From an uncultured Myxococcales bacterium (GTDB lineage: Bacteria; Myxococcota_A; Polyangia; Palsa-1104; JAEUJZ01): a DNA stretch of 64,000 nucleotides. Under the pieces are notes generated by a model, which was given only the letters and a program-made list of their open reading frames with translations, had not been told where the DNA came from and made no database searches. This document shows positions 8,659-18,980 of this stretch, piece by piece. Location of the stretch: positions 264-64,263 of the forward strand of contig CAZVMD010000003.1 in NCBI GenBank assembly GCA_964628555.1, read 5' to 3'. Position numbers and translations under genes: made by a program. How positions within the stretch are numbered: position 1 is the first letter of the stretch; each line of letters starts with the position of its first letter.

Positions 8659-10551
8659 ATGTGGGTCTCGCCGCCGCCTAGCCCATGGCGCAGGAGTGCG
8701 CCACGCTGGGGTCTAGCTGGCCTCGGTCTGGCACTCTGTCTCTGGGCCTGGGCGTCGTATACACGGCGGCTCGCAGCGACGGGAGAAGCCTCCCATTCAG
8801 AGCGCTCAGCCGCCACCGCGACAGCTCGCTTTATCGGGCTTGTGGTCAGTGACGGGACGCCGGCGACGGATCCCCTGTCGCCTCGCTGTCTGTGGCTGCA
8901 GGAAGCGCGGCTTCCCGGGGTGTGGTACAGCGCGACCGGCCAGCGCGTGCGCGGTGAGCTGTCGGCGCGGCTGTGGCCACTATTGACCCTCGCCGTGCCG
9001 CTGCGCGAGCGGCAGCTTGACACCGGAGACGACGACTACGGTCTGCGTCGCTGTCGGCTGCGGGTGCTCTGGGGGGCTGGCACTGAGCCGACGCGGCAGC
9101 TGTGCTTTGGCGACGACGCGCCCGGCGATCTGATCTACGCGCGGGCAATGTCGCTGCCGGCCGAGCGCCAAGCGGCGAAGACGGCGACCCCGCTGCAGGG
9201 GGGCTGTGCCGACCTGGCTGCGCTCAGCGCGCCGACGCTGCCGCTGCAGCCAGGGCAGCGGATCCTGCTCCTTGAGCGGGCGCTGTTTGTCGAGCTGACG
9301 CAGGCCCTGGTGAGCTCCTCCGAGCTGCGGCTCTTGCCGTTTGCCGCGGGGCAGGTGCAGCGCCTGGAGCTAAGCGACGGAACTCAGCTGCAGCGCCGCG
9401 CGGCCGGCTGGGTCGATGGGCAGGGCGTGGCCCTCAAGGCCGCAGCGGTGCATGAGCGGCTGGTGGAGCTCGGGCGGGCCGAGCTTGCGCCCCTTGTGCC
9501 CTCCCCGCCGGTTGTCCCGCCGATTGCCTCACCGGCGGCTGCGCCTGGCGAAAAGCGGCTGCGGATCAGCACCGCCTCCGAGACCATCGAGCTACGGCTG
9601 CGCGGCGAGCACATTCAGCGCGATGGCGAGCCGCCGGTCCCGCTGTCGCCCGGGCTCTTGCGGCTCTTTACCTGGTCAGCGCGACAGCTGCGCGATCGCC
9701 GAGTGATGGCTGCCCTGCCGAGCGCCGTCACCAGCCTTGCGACCCAGGCGCTGCCGCCGTCCTCCTCTCTGCCCAGCCAGCGGGCCGAGCGGCAGCCGCA
9801 AGGCTTTGTGCTGACCGCGCCGCTCCGCGACCAGGCCGATGGACCGCTCCTGCGTGCGCTCCTGACGACGCTCGGCGGACTGTCGGCCGAGTCCGAGCTG
9901 CCGGACGAGTCAGGACCCCTGGCCGGCCCGGCGCTGCAGCTGTCGCTTGGGGCGGGGACGCAGACGCAGGAGCTGCGGATCAGCGCACCGCAAGCCGAGG
10001 GCTGTCAGGTGCAGCTCCTGTCCCCGGCGCGACGGCTGGTGCTGCGGCCGGCCGACTGCCAGCGCATATGGCCGCTGCTGACGCAGCCCTGGCCCAGCCG
10101 CAGCCTGCTGCTGCTCGACGATGCGCGACTGGTGTCGCTGTCGGTGCAGTGCGGGCCAAAGACGCAGACGCTGACCCGGCGAGCCGATGGCCTGTGGCTC
10201 GGGGAGCGCCGCTTAGAGGCCGAGCCGCGTCGTCGGCTGTGGACGGCGCTGCACTCGCTGACCCGGGCCGAGAGCGTTCGCTACCGCAGCCGCTCCGACA
10301 CCCACCCGGCAACGGCGCGCTGCCGTCTGCGGCTTGTGCATGCTTCGTTTGCGCCGCTGCAAGCACCAGAGGTCGTGGCGCCCGACAGCGCTCCCGCCGC
10401 GCAGTGTCTGGAGCTCCTCAGCGATGGCTGGCTGCGGCGCTGTGACGGAGGCGTCGAGTACTCACCGTCGTCGGCCGGCCAAGCTACGTTGCTGTCTGCA
10501 TTGTCCATTACGTCAGCAGGCCCTTCGCCCGCGGCGGCCGACGCACCTTAG
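8659..10551 (+). CDS. hypothetical membrane-anchored protein (DUF4340-like repeats?)
   Basis: 630 aa with an N-terminal TM (WGLAGLGLALCLWAWASY). Repeated segments of the type L..L.V....T..L.R...GW.. are reminiscent of DUF4340. This assignment is weak. Confidence 0.5.
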   Translation: MWVSPPPSPWRRSAPRWGLAGLGLALCLWAWASYTRRLAATGEASHSERSAATATARFIGLVVSDGTPATDPLSPRCLWLQEARLPGVWYSATGQRVRGELSARLWPLLTLAVPLRERQLDTGDDDYGLRRCRLRVLWGAGTEPTRQLCFGDDAPGDLIYARAMSLPAERQAAKTATPLQGGCADLAALSAPTLPLQPGQRILLLERALFVELTQALVSSSELRLLPFAAGQVQRLELSDGTQLQRRAAGWVDGQGVALKAAAVHERLVELGRAELAPLVPSPPVVPPIASPAAAPGEKRLRISTASETIELRLRGEHIQRDGEPPVPLSPGLLRLFTWSARQLRDRRVMAALPSAVTSLATQALPPSSSLPSQRAERQPQGFVLTAPLRDQADGPLLRALLTTLGGLSAESELPDESGPLAGPALQLSLGAGTQTQELRISAPQAEGCQVQLLSPARRLVLRPADCQRIWPLLTQPWPSRSLLLLDDARLVSLSVQCGPKTQTLTRRADGLWLGERRLEAEPRRRLWTALHSLTRAESVRYRSRSDTHPATARCRLRLVHASFAPLQAPEVVAPDSAPAAQCLELLSDGWLRRCDGGVEYSPSSAGQATLLSALSITSAGPSPAAADAP

Positions 10552-11333
10552 GGCGAGCCAGCTGGGCGATGGGCGACGACGACGTACTGATCGGGCAGAT
10601 CGATCTTAAGCAGCTCAGCACTTAGGCCGCTGGCCTTGAGATCGGCCAGCACCGACCCGGGGGCTAGCTTGTGCTTCTTGGGCGGACCGCGCGGGCTGTC
10701 GAGCTTGAAGTCGACGATGTAGATGGCGCCGTCTTTGCGCAGCGCGGCGGCCAGCTTCTTGCCAAACTCGCCGCGGGCTGGGATGTGGTGCCAGACGTCG
10801 ACGATCAGGATGCGGTCGGCGCTGCCTGGCGAGAGCTTGGGATCGTCGCTCTCGCCCTTCTGCGCGCGGACATTCTTGAGGCCTTCGCGCTCGGCGCGGG
10901 CTTGCATGTGGCGCACCATATCGGCCTCGACATCGACGGCTAGGACCTGACCGCTGGGACCGACGGCGCGCGACAGGTAGGGCAGGAAATAGCCGGTGCC
11001 GGCCCCCAGATCGACGACGGTCTTGCCGCCCAGCTCGCCCAGCGCGGCGACCACGGTCTGGGGCTTCTGCCAGGCATCGCGCTCGGGCCCTTCGAACTTG
11101 TCGACCCAGTCCGCCGCGCGCTCAAAGCGATGCGGCATCGAGCCGTGCGCATGGCCGTGCGCATGGCCGTGCCCCGGACCGTGCCCCGGACCGTGCCCTG
11201 CCGTCGGCGCGGGAGCGGTTGCTGGGGCGCTGTCCTTCTTTTCCGGTGCCGCCTCGCCGCGCGCCGCTGGCTGAGCGGTCAGAAGAAGCACAGACAGCAG
11301 GGACAGAGACAAGCAGGGATGGCGCGACGACAT
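10548..11333 (-). CDS. class I SAM-dependent methyltransferase with signal peptide and His-Gly tract
   Basis: 261 aa. The N-terminal signal is LSLSLLSVLLLTAQPAARG and the His-Gly tract is HGPGHGPGHGHAHGHAHG. The SAM-binding motif I is VVDLGAGTGYF. Confidence 0.8.
   Translation of the reverse strand: MSSRHPCLSLSLLSVLLLTAQPAARGEAAPEKKDSAPATAPAPTAGHGPGHGPGHGHAHGHAHGSMPHRFERAADWVDKFEGPERDAWQKPQTVVAALGELGGKTVVDLGAGTGYFLPYLSRAVGPSGQVLAVDVEADMVRHMQARAEREGLKNVRAQKGESDDPKLSPGSADRILIVDVWHHIPARGEFGKKLAAALRKDGAIYIVDFKLDSPRGPPKKHKLAPGSVLADLKASGLSAELLKIDLPDQYVVVAHRPAGSP
11145..11192. repeat. two duplicated 12-bp units, (GTGCGCATGGCC)x2 and (GTGCCCCGGACC)x2
   Basis: Read directly at 11145-11156/11157-11168 and 11169-11180/11181-11192. 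On the minus strand they encode the GHAHGHAH/GPGHGPGH tract of the methyltransferase. Confidence 0.9.
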
Positions 11334-11336
11334 CGC

Positions 11337-12329
11337 TTAGGCTCCTCGGTAGCGGGGGAACAAGCGCTCGATCAGGCTCTGCCGCTGCGGCGGCAGCGGG
11401 GCCGTGACGTGGATGCGCCCTTGCGGCTGGGGACGCGCTGCCGCGTCGAGCGCCGGGAAGGCGACGGTGTCGGCGTGCAGGAAGTACCCCTGCAGATCGG
11501 CGGCGGCCAGGGTCGCGGCCGCTGGTGCGCCGTACAGCTCATCGCCCAGCAGCGGCAGGCTGAGATAGGCCAGATGGGCGCGCACCTGATGACGCCGACC
11601 AGTCTCGGTCTGAGCGCGCAGCAGCGCCACGCCCTCGCCGCGCGCCAGAACTTCGAAGCGAGTCTGGGCATCGAGTGCATCGGGGTGATAGACCTGGGCC
11701 GGCGTCTCAGCGGCTATCATCCGTCGGCGGCGCTCTTGCCCTGGGGCCGGCAAGAGCGGCTGCGTGACCTCGAAGACGTCCTGGGCCGGCTCGCCGCAGA
11801 CAACCGCCAGATAGGTCTTTTTGACCAGGCCATCGCGGAACAGCGCGCGCATCGCCTGCCAGGCGGCTGGTGTCCGCGCCGCAATCACCGCACCGCTGGT
11901 AAACGTATCAAGGCGATGGCAGACCCCGCCCTCGCGAGCCTCGGGACTGGCGCGGGAGCACTCGGGAAAGCGCGCCACCAAGGCCGAGGCCAGCGAGCCG
12001 AGCTCGCCCGGTCGCAGCGGATGGGTGACGCAGCCCGGCAGCTTGTTCACCACCAATAGCTGCGCATCCTGATGCAGCACCAAGAGCGGTAGCTCGGGCT
12101 GGGGCACAGGCGGCGTGCTGCGCGGATCGCTGGCCGGCTGCGCTAGCTGCACGCGCTGGCCGGGCAAGACCGTGCCCCCTTTTCGCCCAATGCGGCCGTC
12201 GACGCGGACCTGACCTTCTTCGATCAGGCGGCGGATCGCGGCGCGCGACAGGCCAGTGTGACGGGCCAAAAACAGGTCCAGGCGGGTGATCTCTTCAGCG
12301 GGAGCGACTGTAAAGGACGTCTCGTTCAT
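11337..12329 (-). CDS. RluA-family 23S rRNA pseudouridine synthase with S4 domain (RluD-like)
   Basis: The S4-like N-terminus is RLDLFLARHTGLSRAAIRRLIEEGQVRVDG. The catalytic HRLD motif is CHRLDTFTSGAV, and GRRHQVRAHL is present. The track ORF extends to 12425, but the ATG at 12329 (MNETSFTV...) fits the family N-terminus better. Confidence 0.85.
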   Translation of the reverse strand: MNETSFTVAPAEEITRLDLFLARHTGLSRAAIRRLIEEGQVRVDGRIGRKGGTVLPGQRVQLAQPASDPRSTPPVPQPELPLLVLHQDAQLLVVNKLPGCVTHPLRPGELGSLASALVARFPECSRASPEAREGGVCHRLDTFTSGAVIAARTPAAWQAMRALFRDGLVKKTYLAVVCGEPAQDVFEVTQPLLPAPGQERRRRMIAAETPAQVYHPDALDAQTRFEVLARGEGVALLRAQTETGRRHQVRAHLAYLSLPLLGDELYGAPAAATLAAADLQGYFLHADTVAFPALDAAARPQPQGRIHVTAPLPPQRQSLIERLFPRYRGA

Positions 12330-12425
12330 GGGATGGGGTGACTCGTGCGAGGGAGGCGCGTAGCGGTACGGGGTGATGGCGGAGCGCGGTGGGGTATCCG
12401 ACGGCTGCGCGAGTGCTTTAGACAC

Positions 12426-13703
12426 TTAGACCAGCGCCAGCAAGGTGGCCAGCACGCGCGTCCCGGCCGGCAGCGCGGCGGGTCCCGGCGGAATGTGCAG
12501 CAGCGCCTGCACCCCCAGCATCGAGCGCAGCATGCCCGAGCCCTGCCAAGCGAGCGGGGTCGCCCACAGGCTGTCGCTGCCGTCGGTTGTGCGGCGCTCG
12601 ATCCGGGCCCGCGTAAAGTGCAGCCGGCTGCGATCCGGCTCGACGGGCTGCGCTAGCTGGATCCAGGCGCGTGGCCGCGCCACGGCTGCCAGGCTGAGGC
12701 CAGCCAAGCGCCGCAGGGCCGGCCGCACGAACAGCTCGAAGCTGACCATCGACGAGGCGGGGTTGCCCGGCAGGCCAAACCACAGCACCCGGCGGGCGGT
12801 CAGGCCGGCGCCGCAGTCGACATAGCTAAACGTCAGCGGCTTGCCCGGTTTCATCGCCACGCGCGAAAACTCTTCGACCGCCCCCAGCTCGGCGAGCACT
12901 TCGCGCACGTAGTCGAACTGGCCGACCGAGACGCCGCCTGAAGACACCACCACATCGGCCCGCAGCGCCTCGGCAAAGGCAGCGCGCAGGGCGCTGGGAT
13001 CGTCGCTGGCAATCGGCAAGATGCGAGGCACACCGCCGGCTTCGAGGATCTGCGCGGCCAGAGCATGCGAGTTGCTGTTGCTAATCTGCCCGGGGCCAAG
13101 CGGTCGATCGGCCGGCACTAGCTCGTCGCCGGTCGACAGGACTGCGACCTGCGGCTGACGATGAGCGCTGATCAGCGTGCGCCCCAGCGCCGCCAGAGCA
13201 CCCAGCTCACCGGCGGTGATCGCGGTGCCCGCCGCCAGCACGACATCGCCTAGCTGCACGTCTTCGCCGGCCCGGCGGATGTGCTGACCGGGGCGCGCTG
13301 GGCTGCGAAAGCGGACCTGGCCCTCGCTCTCTTCGGCCTCCTCGCGCATGATCACCGCGTCGGCCCCGGCGGGCAGCGGCGCGCCGGTCATGATGCGCAG
13401 GCAGGTCCCGGCCAGCAGCGGCTCTTGGGCTGGATGGCCCGCCGCGATCACCCCGCGCACCGGCAGCGGCTGCCCCGGCACGACATCGGCGGCCCGCAGG
13501 GCATAGCCATCCATCGCCGAGTTGTCCCAGGGCGGCAGCACCCGCTCGGCGATAAGCGGCGCCGACAGGACGCGCGGCATCAGCGCTTGACTGGCCTGGT
13601 GCAGATCCACCATCTCGTCGGCGAGCGGCGCGGCGTGACGCAAGATGGCGGCCAGCGCCTCGTCCGGCGAGAGCATGACATCGTGGGAGGCGAGCGGCTT
13701 CAT
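12426..13703 (-). CDS. moeA: molybdopterin molybdenumtransferase MoeA
   Basis: 425 aa with MoeA N, MoCF-binding and C domains recognisable (PPWDNSAMDGYA, LSTGDELV, VVSSGGVSVGQFDYV, FGLPGNPASS). Confidence 0.9.
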   Translation of the reverse strand: MKPLASHDVMLSPDEALAAILRHAAPLADEMVDLHQASQALMPRVLSAPLIAERVLPPWDNSAMDGYALRAADVVPGQPLPVRGVIAAGHPAQEPLLAGTCLRIMTGAPLPAGADAVIMREEAEESEGQVRFRSPARPGQHIRRAGEDVQLGDVVLAAGTAITAGELGALAALGRTLISAHRQPQVAVLSTGDELVPADRPLGPGQISNSNSHALAAQILEAGGVPRILPIASDDPSALRAAFAEALRADVVVSSGGVSVGQFDYVREVLAELGAVEEFSRVAMKPGKPLTFSYVDCGAGLTARRVLWFGLPGNPASSMVSFELFVRPALRRLAGLSLAAVARPRAWIQLAQPVEPDRSRLHFTRARIERRTTDGSDSLWATPLAWQGSGMLRSMLGVQALLHIPPGPAALPAGTRVLATLLALV

Positions 13704-13721
13704 GACCTAGGTCCTCTGCGC

Positions 13722-15824
13722 TCAGCGCGATAGCAAAAGTCCAGCCAGGCGCGGCACGACATCGAGCTGCGCTCCGTCGAGGTTTTCCGGCAGCGCGGCC
13801 AGGCTATGGGCCAGCGTGGTCAGCGTCTCGCGCAGGAAGCGCTCGCTCTCCGCCACCCACAGCGCCTTGAACTCGGCCTCGCCAAACGAGCGCGAATAGA
13901 CGCGCTCGCGCAGGCTCGCCAGGACCTCGGTGATCCGCGCGGCCGGCGGCTCGGGGAGGGGCCCAGCGACCTGCCCCGGCGTGGGGAAAGGCGGCAGCTT
14001 GTCGCCCCAGACCGCCCGGCGCAGCGACGGTAAATCCTGGCGCGACAGCGGCACCAGAGCCGGCGGTCGGCCCAGAAGCAGGTTGCCGATCAGCGTGCCC
14101 ACAAGATCGCTAAGCTGCGCCTCGGCTTCGTCCGGCACGGCGCGCTTGAGCGTCTCGGTGATGTGCTCGCTGCGCAGGCCCAGGCCGGTGCTCAGGAGCT
14201 TGCTGAGCGTCGATAGCTCGCCGACCAGCGCAGTCGCCCGGCCAAGATCGGCCAAGCTGACAAACGGTCGCAGCTGGGTGGCCGCAGGCGGCAGCGTGCC
14301 GCGCTCGGCGGCCTGGCGATCGAGATAGGGACTGTACAGCGGTCGCACCAGCAGCAGCGCCGACAGCGGCTCGCCCAGGCGCGGCGGCAGGCGCGTGGCG
14401 ATCGCGGCGGGATTGCCCGCAGCCGGTGGCGTAGCGCTGCGCATCGGCGTCAGCAGGCCCTCGCTACTGCTGAGCAATAGCAGGAGGAGCTTGCGCAGCT
14501 GCACGGTCAGGCCATAGCCGATGCGGAACAGATGCAGGAGCGAGATCTCGCGCAGCACCTCGGCGGCGCGCGCCGCCTCCAGCGCAGCGGTCGCCGCCTG
14601 AGCCGCAGGTGAGCTGGCCGCGGTCGTCGCCGCATCCGCCTCGTCGCTTGAGCTGGCGCTCTTGGCTGGCCGGGTGCGCAGGCGGTACTCGATGCCCAGC
14701 GACAGATAGCCAACGGTGCGACGCAGGGTCTGGCGCAGCGCCTCGACATCGCCGAGCTCGACGCGATCGGCGGCCAGCACGCGGTTGCCCAGCACCATCA
14801 AGTGCTGCACCAGCAGGGCCTGCTCGGGCTCGCTAAGCAGGGCCACGCCGCGCGCGAAGGCACAGTCGTCGGCGCCCAAGCCAGGCACGGTCCGCAGCAG
14901 CGCTCCCGAGACGGTGTCACTGCCCGGCAGCACGTGCACCGCGGCCGGTGGCGACTGGCTCAGCGCGGCGGCGAGCGGCTGCAGCTCCGAGGGCGGCGGC
15001 GGCTTTTCTGGATCGAGCAGCAGATAGACTTTGAGCGCCTCGTAGTAGTCGATGTAGCCGAGATCGGCCATGCGCCCGCTGCGGAAGCGATAGGCGGCTT
15101 CGGCGGTCTCGGGACCGACGTCGTAGCCAGCGCTGTGGACAATCGCACGCGCGAGCTCAGCGTTACCGCGATACAGGATGTCGAGCAGCCGCGCGATCTG
15201 CGCCTGGCTGTCGCCGGCATCGCCAAAGCTCTCGACCGGCCGCCCGTCTTCGCCGTCGCTGTGTGGGCCTGGCGGCGGCAGGATGTCGACGCGAAACATG
15301 CGATCCGGCGTGTCGAAGAACTGCCCCTCGGCCTGCTCGGGCGGCTCTTCGTTTTTGTAGATGTCATAGACGCGCAGGCGCGGTCCCAGGATCGCTGTCC
15401 ACAGCTCGGGATCAAGCGCCGCCGCGACGCTGGTCAGCTTGGCTGGACCCAGCTCGCCAAGCGCCAGCAGCCAGGGCAGCACGCGGTCGAGCGAGGCCTG
15501 ATCGCGATCCCAGCCGTCCATATCGACAAACGCCTGCACCTGCTCGGGCGAGCACAGCGAGAGCACATCCAGCGCTTCCTGCAGGCCCAGCGAGCGCACA
15601 AACAGGAACAGCGGCTGGGCTGGCGTGGCCCGCACCAGGCGTCCCACATCCGGCCGCTCTAGAAGCTGCTCTAGGATCTCGGCCGGCGGCGCGCTCTGGG
15701 CCAGCCACTCACCGCCGCTGGCATAAAGCGGGGTGACGGTCGGCGACAGCTGAGAAGGTGGCGTGGGCGAGCCGCGCGGCGCACTACGCTGCGCGGACAG
15801 AGGAGGAGAGGGACGCTTGGGCAT
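13722..15824 (-). CDS. large conserved hypothetical protein
   Basis: 700-aa ORF with coding-like composition, packed between the SDR gene and moeA (6-bp and 18-bp gaps). I cannot confidently name a family. Confidence 0.6.
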   Translation of the reverse strand: MPKRPSPPLSAQRSAPRGSPTPPSQLSPTVTPLYASGGEWLAQSAPPAEILEQLLERPDVGRLVRATPAQPLFLFVRSLGLQEALDVLSLCSPEQVQAFVDMDGWDRDQASLDRVLPWLLALGELGPAKLTSVAAALDPELWTAILGPRLRVYDIYKNEEPPEQAEGQFFDTPDRMFRVDILPPPGPHSDGEDGRPVESFGDAGDSQAQIARLLDILYRGNAELARAIVHSAGYDVGPETAEAAYRFRSGRMADLGYIDYYEALKVYLLLDPEKPPPPSELQPLAAALSQSPPAAVHVLPGSDTVSGALLRTVPGLGADDCAFARGVALLSEPEQALLVQHLMVLGNRVLAADRVELGDVEALRQTLRRTVGYLSLGIEYRLRTRPAKSASSSDEADAATTAASSPAAQAATAALEAARAAEVLREISLLHLFRIGYGLTVQLRKLLLLLLSSSEGLLTPMRSATPPAAGNPAAIATRLPPRLGEPLSALLLVRPLYSPYLDRQAAERGTLPPAATQLRPFVSLADLGRATALVGELSTLSKLLSTGLGLRSEHITETLKRAVPDEAEAQLSDLVGTLIGNLLLGRPPALVPLSRQDLPSLRRAVWGDKLPPFPTPGQVAGPLPEPPAARITEVLASLRERVYSRSFGEAEFKALWVAESERFLRETLTTLAHSLAALPENLDGAQLDVVPRLAGLLLSR

Positions 15825-15830
15825 GGTGGC

Positions 15831-16898
15831 CTAGTAGCGCAGGGTCGAGCGGACGTCGCGGACGGTATCGTCGAGCGTCTCAGCCGGATCGCGGCTGACA
15901 AAGCCCAGCTCGCGCCGGGCCAGCGAGGAGTCGCAGTACCAGAACACCTGGCCCATCTCGAACGACACGCGATCGAGGGGCGAGGACACGCCGCGGTGCT
16001 GACAGACGTGATCGACGGCGCGGGTGACGCGGTTGACCAGGGAGTTCCAGCCGGCGGGCACGCGCAGCCAGGGGCCTTCGACCTTGGCGATGCGGCCCAG
16101 GCGGCCGAGGAATTCGGCGAAGGTCCAGTTTGGTCCGCCGAGCAGGTAGCGGGCTCCCGGACGACCGCGCTCCATCGCGGCCAGGCAGGCGCTGGCGACA
16201 TCGCGGACGTCGACAAACGACAGCCCGCCGGAGGGAATCGCCGCGATCTCGCCGCACAGGAACTTGCGCACGTCCTCGGTCGAAGAGCCGCGCCGATCGC
16301 CCGGCCCCAGCAGCAGGCTGGGGTTGACGCAGACGATCTCAAGCCCCAGCCGACTCCCCAGATCGAGGGCCAGCTTCTCTTGATAGATCTTCGACAGGTA
16401 GTACGGCCAGGCGCCGCATAGCTCGACCGGATAGGGAAAGGTCTCGTCGGGGATGGGGACCGGCGAGCGGCTGACGGCGATGGTGCCCGAGGTGCTGGCG
16501 ACAACGACGCGCCGTACGCCGGCCGCCTTGGCTGCTTGCAGCAGGTTGCGCGTGCCTTCGACATGCAGGCGCATCATCTCGTTGGCCTTCTGCGGATCGC
16601 GCGAGACCTGGCCGGCCAGGTGATAGACCTCGCCACAGCCGTCGAGTGCCGCCGCCAGATCATCGGCCCCGCGGCCGCCGCTGTGTGCCCCCGTCTCGGG
16701 CAGGATGTCGCCGCTGTACTGCGACACGCCCAGGTCCTTCAGCGTCGTCGCCGGCTGCCGCACCAGGGCCCGCACCGAGCGCCCGCTCTGGCGCAGCGCG
16801 CGCAGCAAGTGTTCGCCCAAAAAGCCGCTGCCACCAGTCACCAACACTGGCTGGTTTCCGTCGGTCTTTGTGGTCTTTAGCGAGGTCGTTGTGCTCAT
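15831..16898 (-). CDS. NAD-dependent epimerase/dehydratase family (extended SDR) protein
   Basis: The Rossmann motif is VLVTGGSGFLGEHL and the YxxxK motif is YYLSKIYQEK. The start is set at ATG 16898 (MSTTTSLK...); the track ORF extends to 16949. Confidence 0.8.
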   Translation of the reverse strand: MSTTTSLKTTKTDGNQPVLVTGGSGFLGEHLLRALRQSGRSVRALVRQPATTLKDLGVSQYSGDILPETGAHSGGRGADDLAAALDGCGEVYHLAGQVSRDPQKANEMMRLHVEGTRNLLQAAKAAGVRRVVVASTSGTIAVSRSPVPIPDETFPYPVELCGAWPYYLSKIYQEKLALDLGSRLGLEIVCVNPSLLLGPGDRRGSSTEDVRKFLCGEIAAIPSGGLSFVDVRDVASACLAAMERGRPGARYLLGGPNWTFAEFLGRLGRIAKVEGPWLRVPAGWNSLVNRVTRAVDHVCQHRGVSSPLDRVSFEMGQVFWYCDSSLARRELGFVSRDPAETLDDTVRDVRSTLRY

Positions 16899-17015
16899 CC
16901 GGGTCCCCAATGCGGGCGCGCAGCATATCAAGCGTCGACCCCGACACAAGACGCAATCGCGCGGAACCGCGCCGGCTGCATTGACTCAACCCGAGGATGT
17001 TGCGAGATTGGCGCG

Positions 17016-18980
17016 GTGCGGCCCGGCGACGAGCATTCCGACCCCTCCCCAGACGGGCCAGCGAACCGATCGCCGTCGGGAGCACCGCTCAGATCGTCTG
17101 ATCGCCGGGCCGGCTCGGGATCGCCGCAGCGCCGCAGCGAGCGGGCTGCGCCAAGTCCCTGGTGGGCTTGGCGCCGTGGGCTGTGGAGCGCGGTCTGGCC
17201 AGCTCTGAGCCTGGCCCTGCTGCTGCTTCTGCCCTATCTGAACAAGGCCTTTACGATCGACGACACGCTGTTTCTGCTGCAGGCGCAGCAGGCGCTGTCG
17301 GATCCGCTGCACCCGACGGCGTTTGTCGTGGTGTGGTCGGAGGTCGCGGCCCGACTGTCGGCGATCATGCCCAGCGGCCCGATCATGGCCTATCTGCTGC
17401 TGCCCACCGTGGCCCACGGCGGGGCCGAGTGGCTGGGACACCTGACGCAGATCCTGCTGCTGTGCCTGGGCCTGCTGGCGACCACCGTCCTGGCGCGGCG
17501 GCTGGGGGCGACCTGGAGCGAGGCGCGCATCGCGGCCCTGCTGGCGGCGACCGCTCCCGCCGTGCTGGGCATGGCCAGCACCGTGATGCCGGATATCGCC
17601 GCTATGACCTTTGGCGTCCTCGGCATCGAGCGCTACATCGCCTTCCTGAGCCAGCGCGGCGGGCTGCGCGGAGTGCTGCGGGGTGGGCTTTCCGCTCTGT
17701 GCCTGGCGGCGGCCGCGCTCTGTCGCACCCATGTGCTGCTCTTGCTCGGCATTGCCGCGCTGTTTGCCCTCGAAGACGAGCTCTTTCCGCTGCTCTGGCC
17801 GGTGCCCTCACCCGGCCTGCCGCGCTTTCGCCAGCGCCTGCGCCAGGCTCTCTCGCTGGACCTGATGCGCCGGCTGGGCCCGATCTTTTTGGCCCTGGGT
17901 CTGGTGGGGGTCGTGCTGCGGCTGGTGCGCGATCCGCTCGGTGGGACTGGCGTCGTCAGCTCGACGCGCTTCTTTGCCACCTTCGGCTCACTGCCCGCCA
18001 ACCTGCTCGCCTGCCTGAGCTATCTCGCGCTGACCGTGCCGCTGATCCTGCCCTGGGCCTTCCTGCGCCGTGCCTATCTGTCGCGGCGATTGATCCTGTG
18101 GGCCAGCCTGATCTCGCTGCCGCTGTTCCCGCTGGCTCACAATCCGCGCTGCCTGCCCCTGGCGCCGCTCATCGGGCTTTCGGTGGCCTGCCTGGTCGAT
18201 CTGTTTCGCTGCATCGTGCGCAGCCGCGATGCCCAGTCGCTGATCCTGCTGTTCTGGCTGTGGCTGTCGCTGCCGGTGCTGTTTTACATCCACTTTGCGC
18301 CCAAGTATCTGGTGCCTTCGGTGCCGGCCATCGCGCTGCTGATGGCGCGCCTTCTGTGTCGCCAGCCCGGCCTGCTGTGGCCGCCGGGTCGCGGCGCTGC
18401 GCCCTTGGCACCGCCGCCAGCCCGGCTGCAGCGGCTGCTCTACGCGACGCTGATTGGCGGTGCGGTGCTGTCGCTGCTGATCGTGCAGGCCGATGCCGCC
18501 TTTGCCCACCTCGGGCGCCGCGTCGCTGCCGAGTGGATCGCGCCGCTTGTGGCGCGCGGCGAGCGGGTCTGGTTCTGCGGTCACTGGGGCTTTCAGTGGT
18601 ACGCGCAGCGAGCCGGGGCTCGGCCGATGACGCGTGAGCCCCCACTGCCGCAGCCCGGGGACATCCTCGTCGCCAGCGAGCGCAGCGACTGCTATCACAT
18701 GCCGCGCTATCCGCAGCGCGAGCGGCTCGGTACGCTGAGCGATCACAGCAGCGGCGGTCGCGCCATGGCCTGGGAGGTCGGGGCCGGCTTCTACTCGAAC
18801 GGCAGCGGCTTTCTGCCCTGGATGGTCAGCTGGGAGCCGCTCGATCGCTACGACATCTATCGCCTGACTGGCCCGGCCCTGCCAGCCGCGGCAGCACCGT
18901 CTGCCTGGACGCCAGCCCCGAAGAACGAGAGCCCGGCGGCACAGCGGGGTGTCCCCGCGCAAGAAAGGTCTGTACCCTGA
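17016..18980 (+). CDS. polytopic membrane protein, putative GT-C (ArnT/PMT-like) glycosyltransferase
   Basis: 654-aa ORF with more than 10 hydrophobic segments. An early-loop acidic motif (FTIDDTLF) is followed by a soluble C-terminal domain. The N-terminal 50 codons look non-coding, so the true start is uncertain. Function is tentative. Confidence 0.45.
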   Translation: MRPGDEHSDPSPDGPANRSPSGAPLRSSDRRAGSGSPQRRSERAAPSPWWAWRRGLWSAVWPALSLALLLLLPYLNKAFTIDDTLFLLQAQQALSDPLHPTAFVVVWSEVAARLSAIMPSGPIMAYLLLPTVAHGGAEWLGHLTQILLLCLGLLATTVLARRLGATWSEARIAALLAATAPAVLGMASTVMPDIAAMTFGVLGIERYIAFLSQRGGLRGVLRGGLSALCLAAAALCRTHVLLLLGIAALFALEDELFPLLWPVPSPGLPRFRQRLRQALSLDLMRRLGPIFLALGLVGVVLRLVRDPLGGTGVVSSTRFFATFGSLPANLLACLSYLALTVPLILPWAFLRRAYLSRRLILWASLISLPLFPLAHNPRCLPLAPLIGLSVACLVDLFRCIVRSRDAQSLILLFWLWLSLPVLFYIHFAPKYLVPSVPAIALLMARLLCRQPGLLWPPGRGAAPLAPPPARLQRLLYATLIGGAVLSLLIVQADAAFAHLGRRVAAEWIAPLVARGERVWFCGHWGFQWYAQRAGARPMTREPPLPQPGDILVASERSDCYHMPRYPQRERLGTLSDHSSGGRAMAWEVGAGFYSNGSGFLPWMVSWEPLDRYDIYRLTGPALPAAAAPSAWTPAPKNESPAAQRGVPAQERSVP

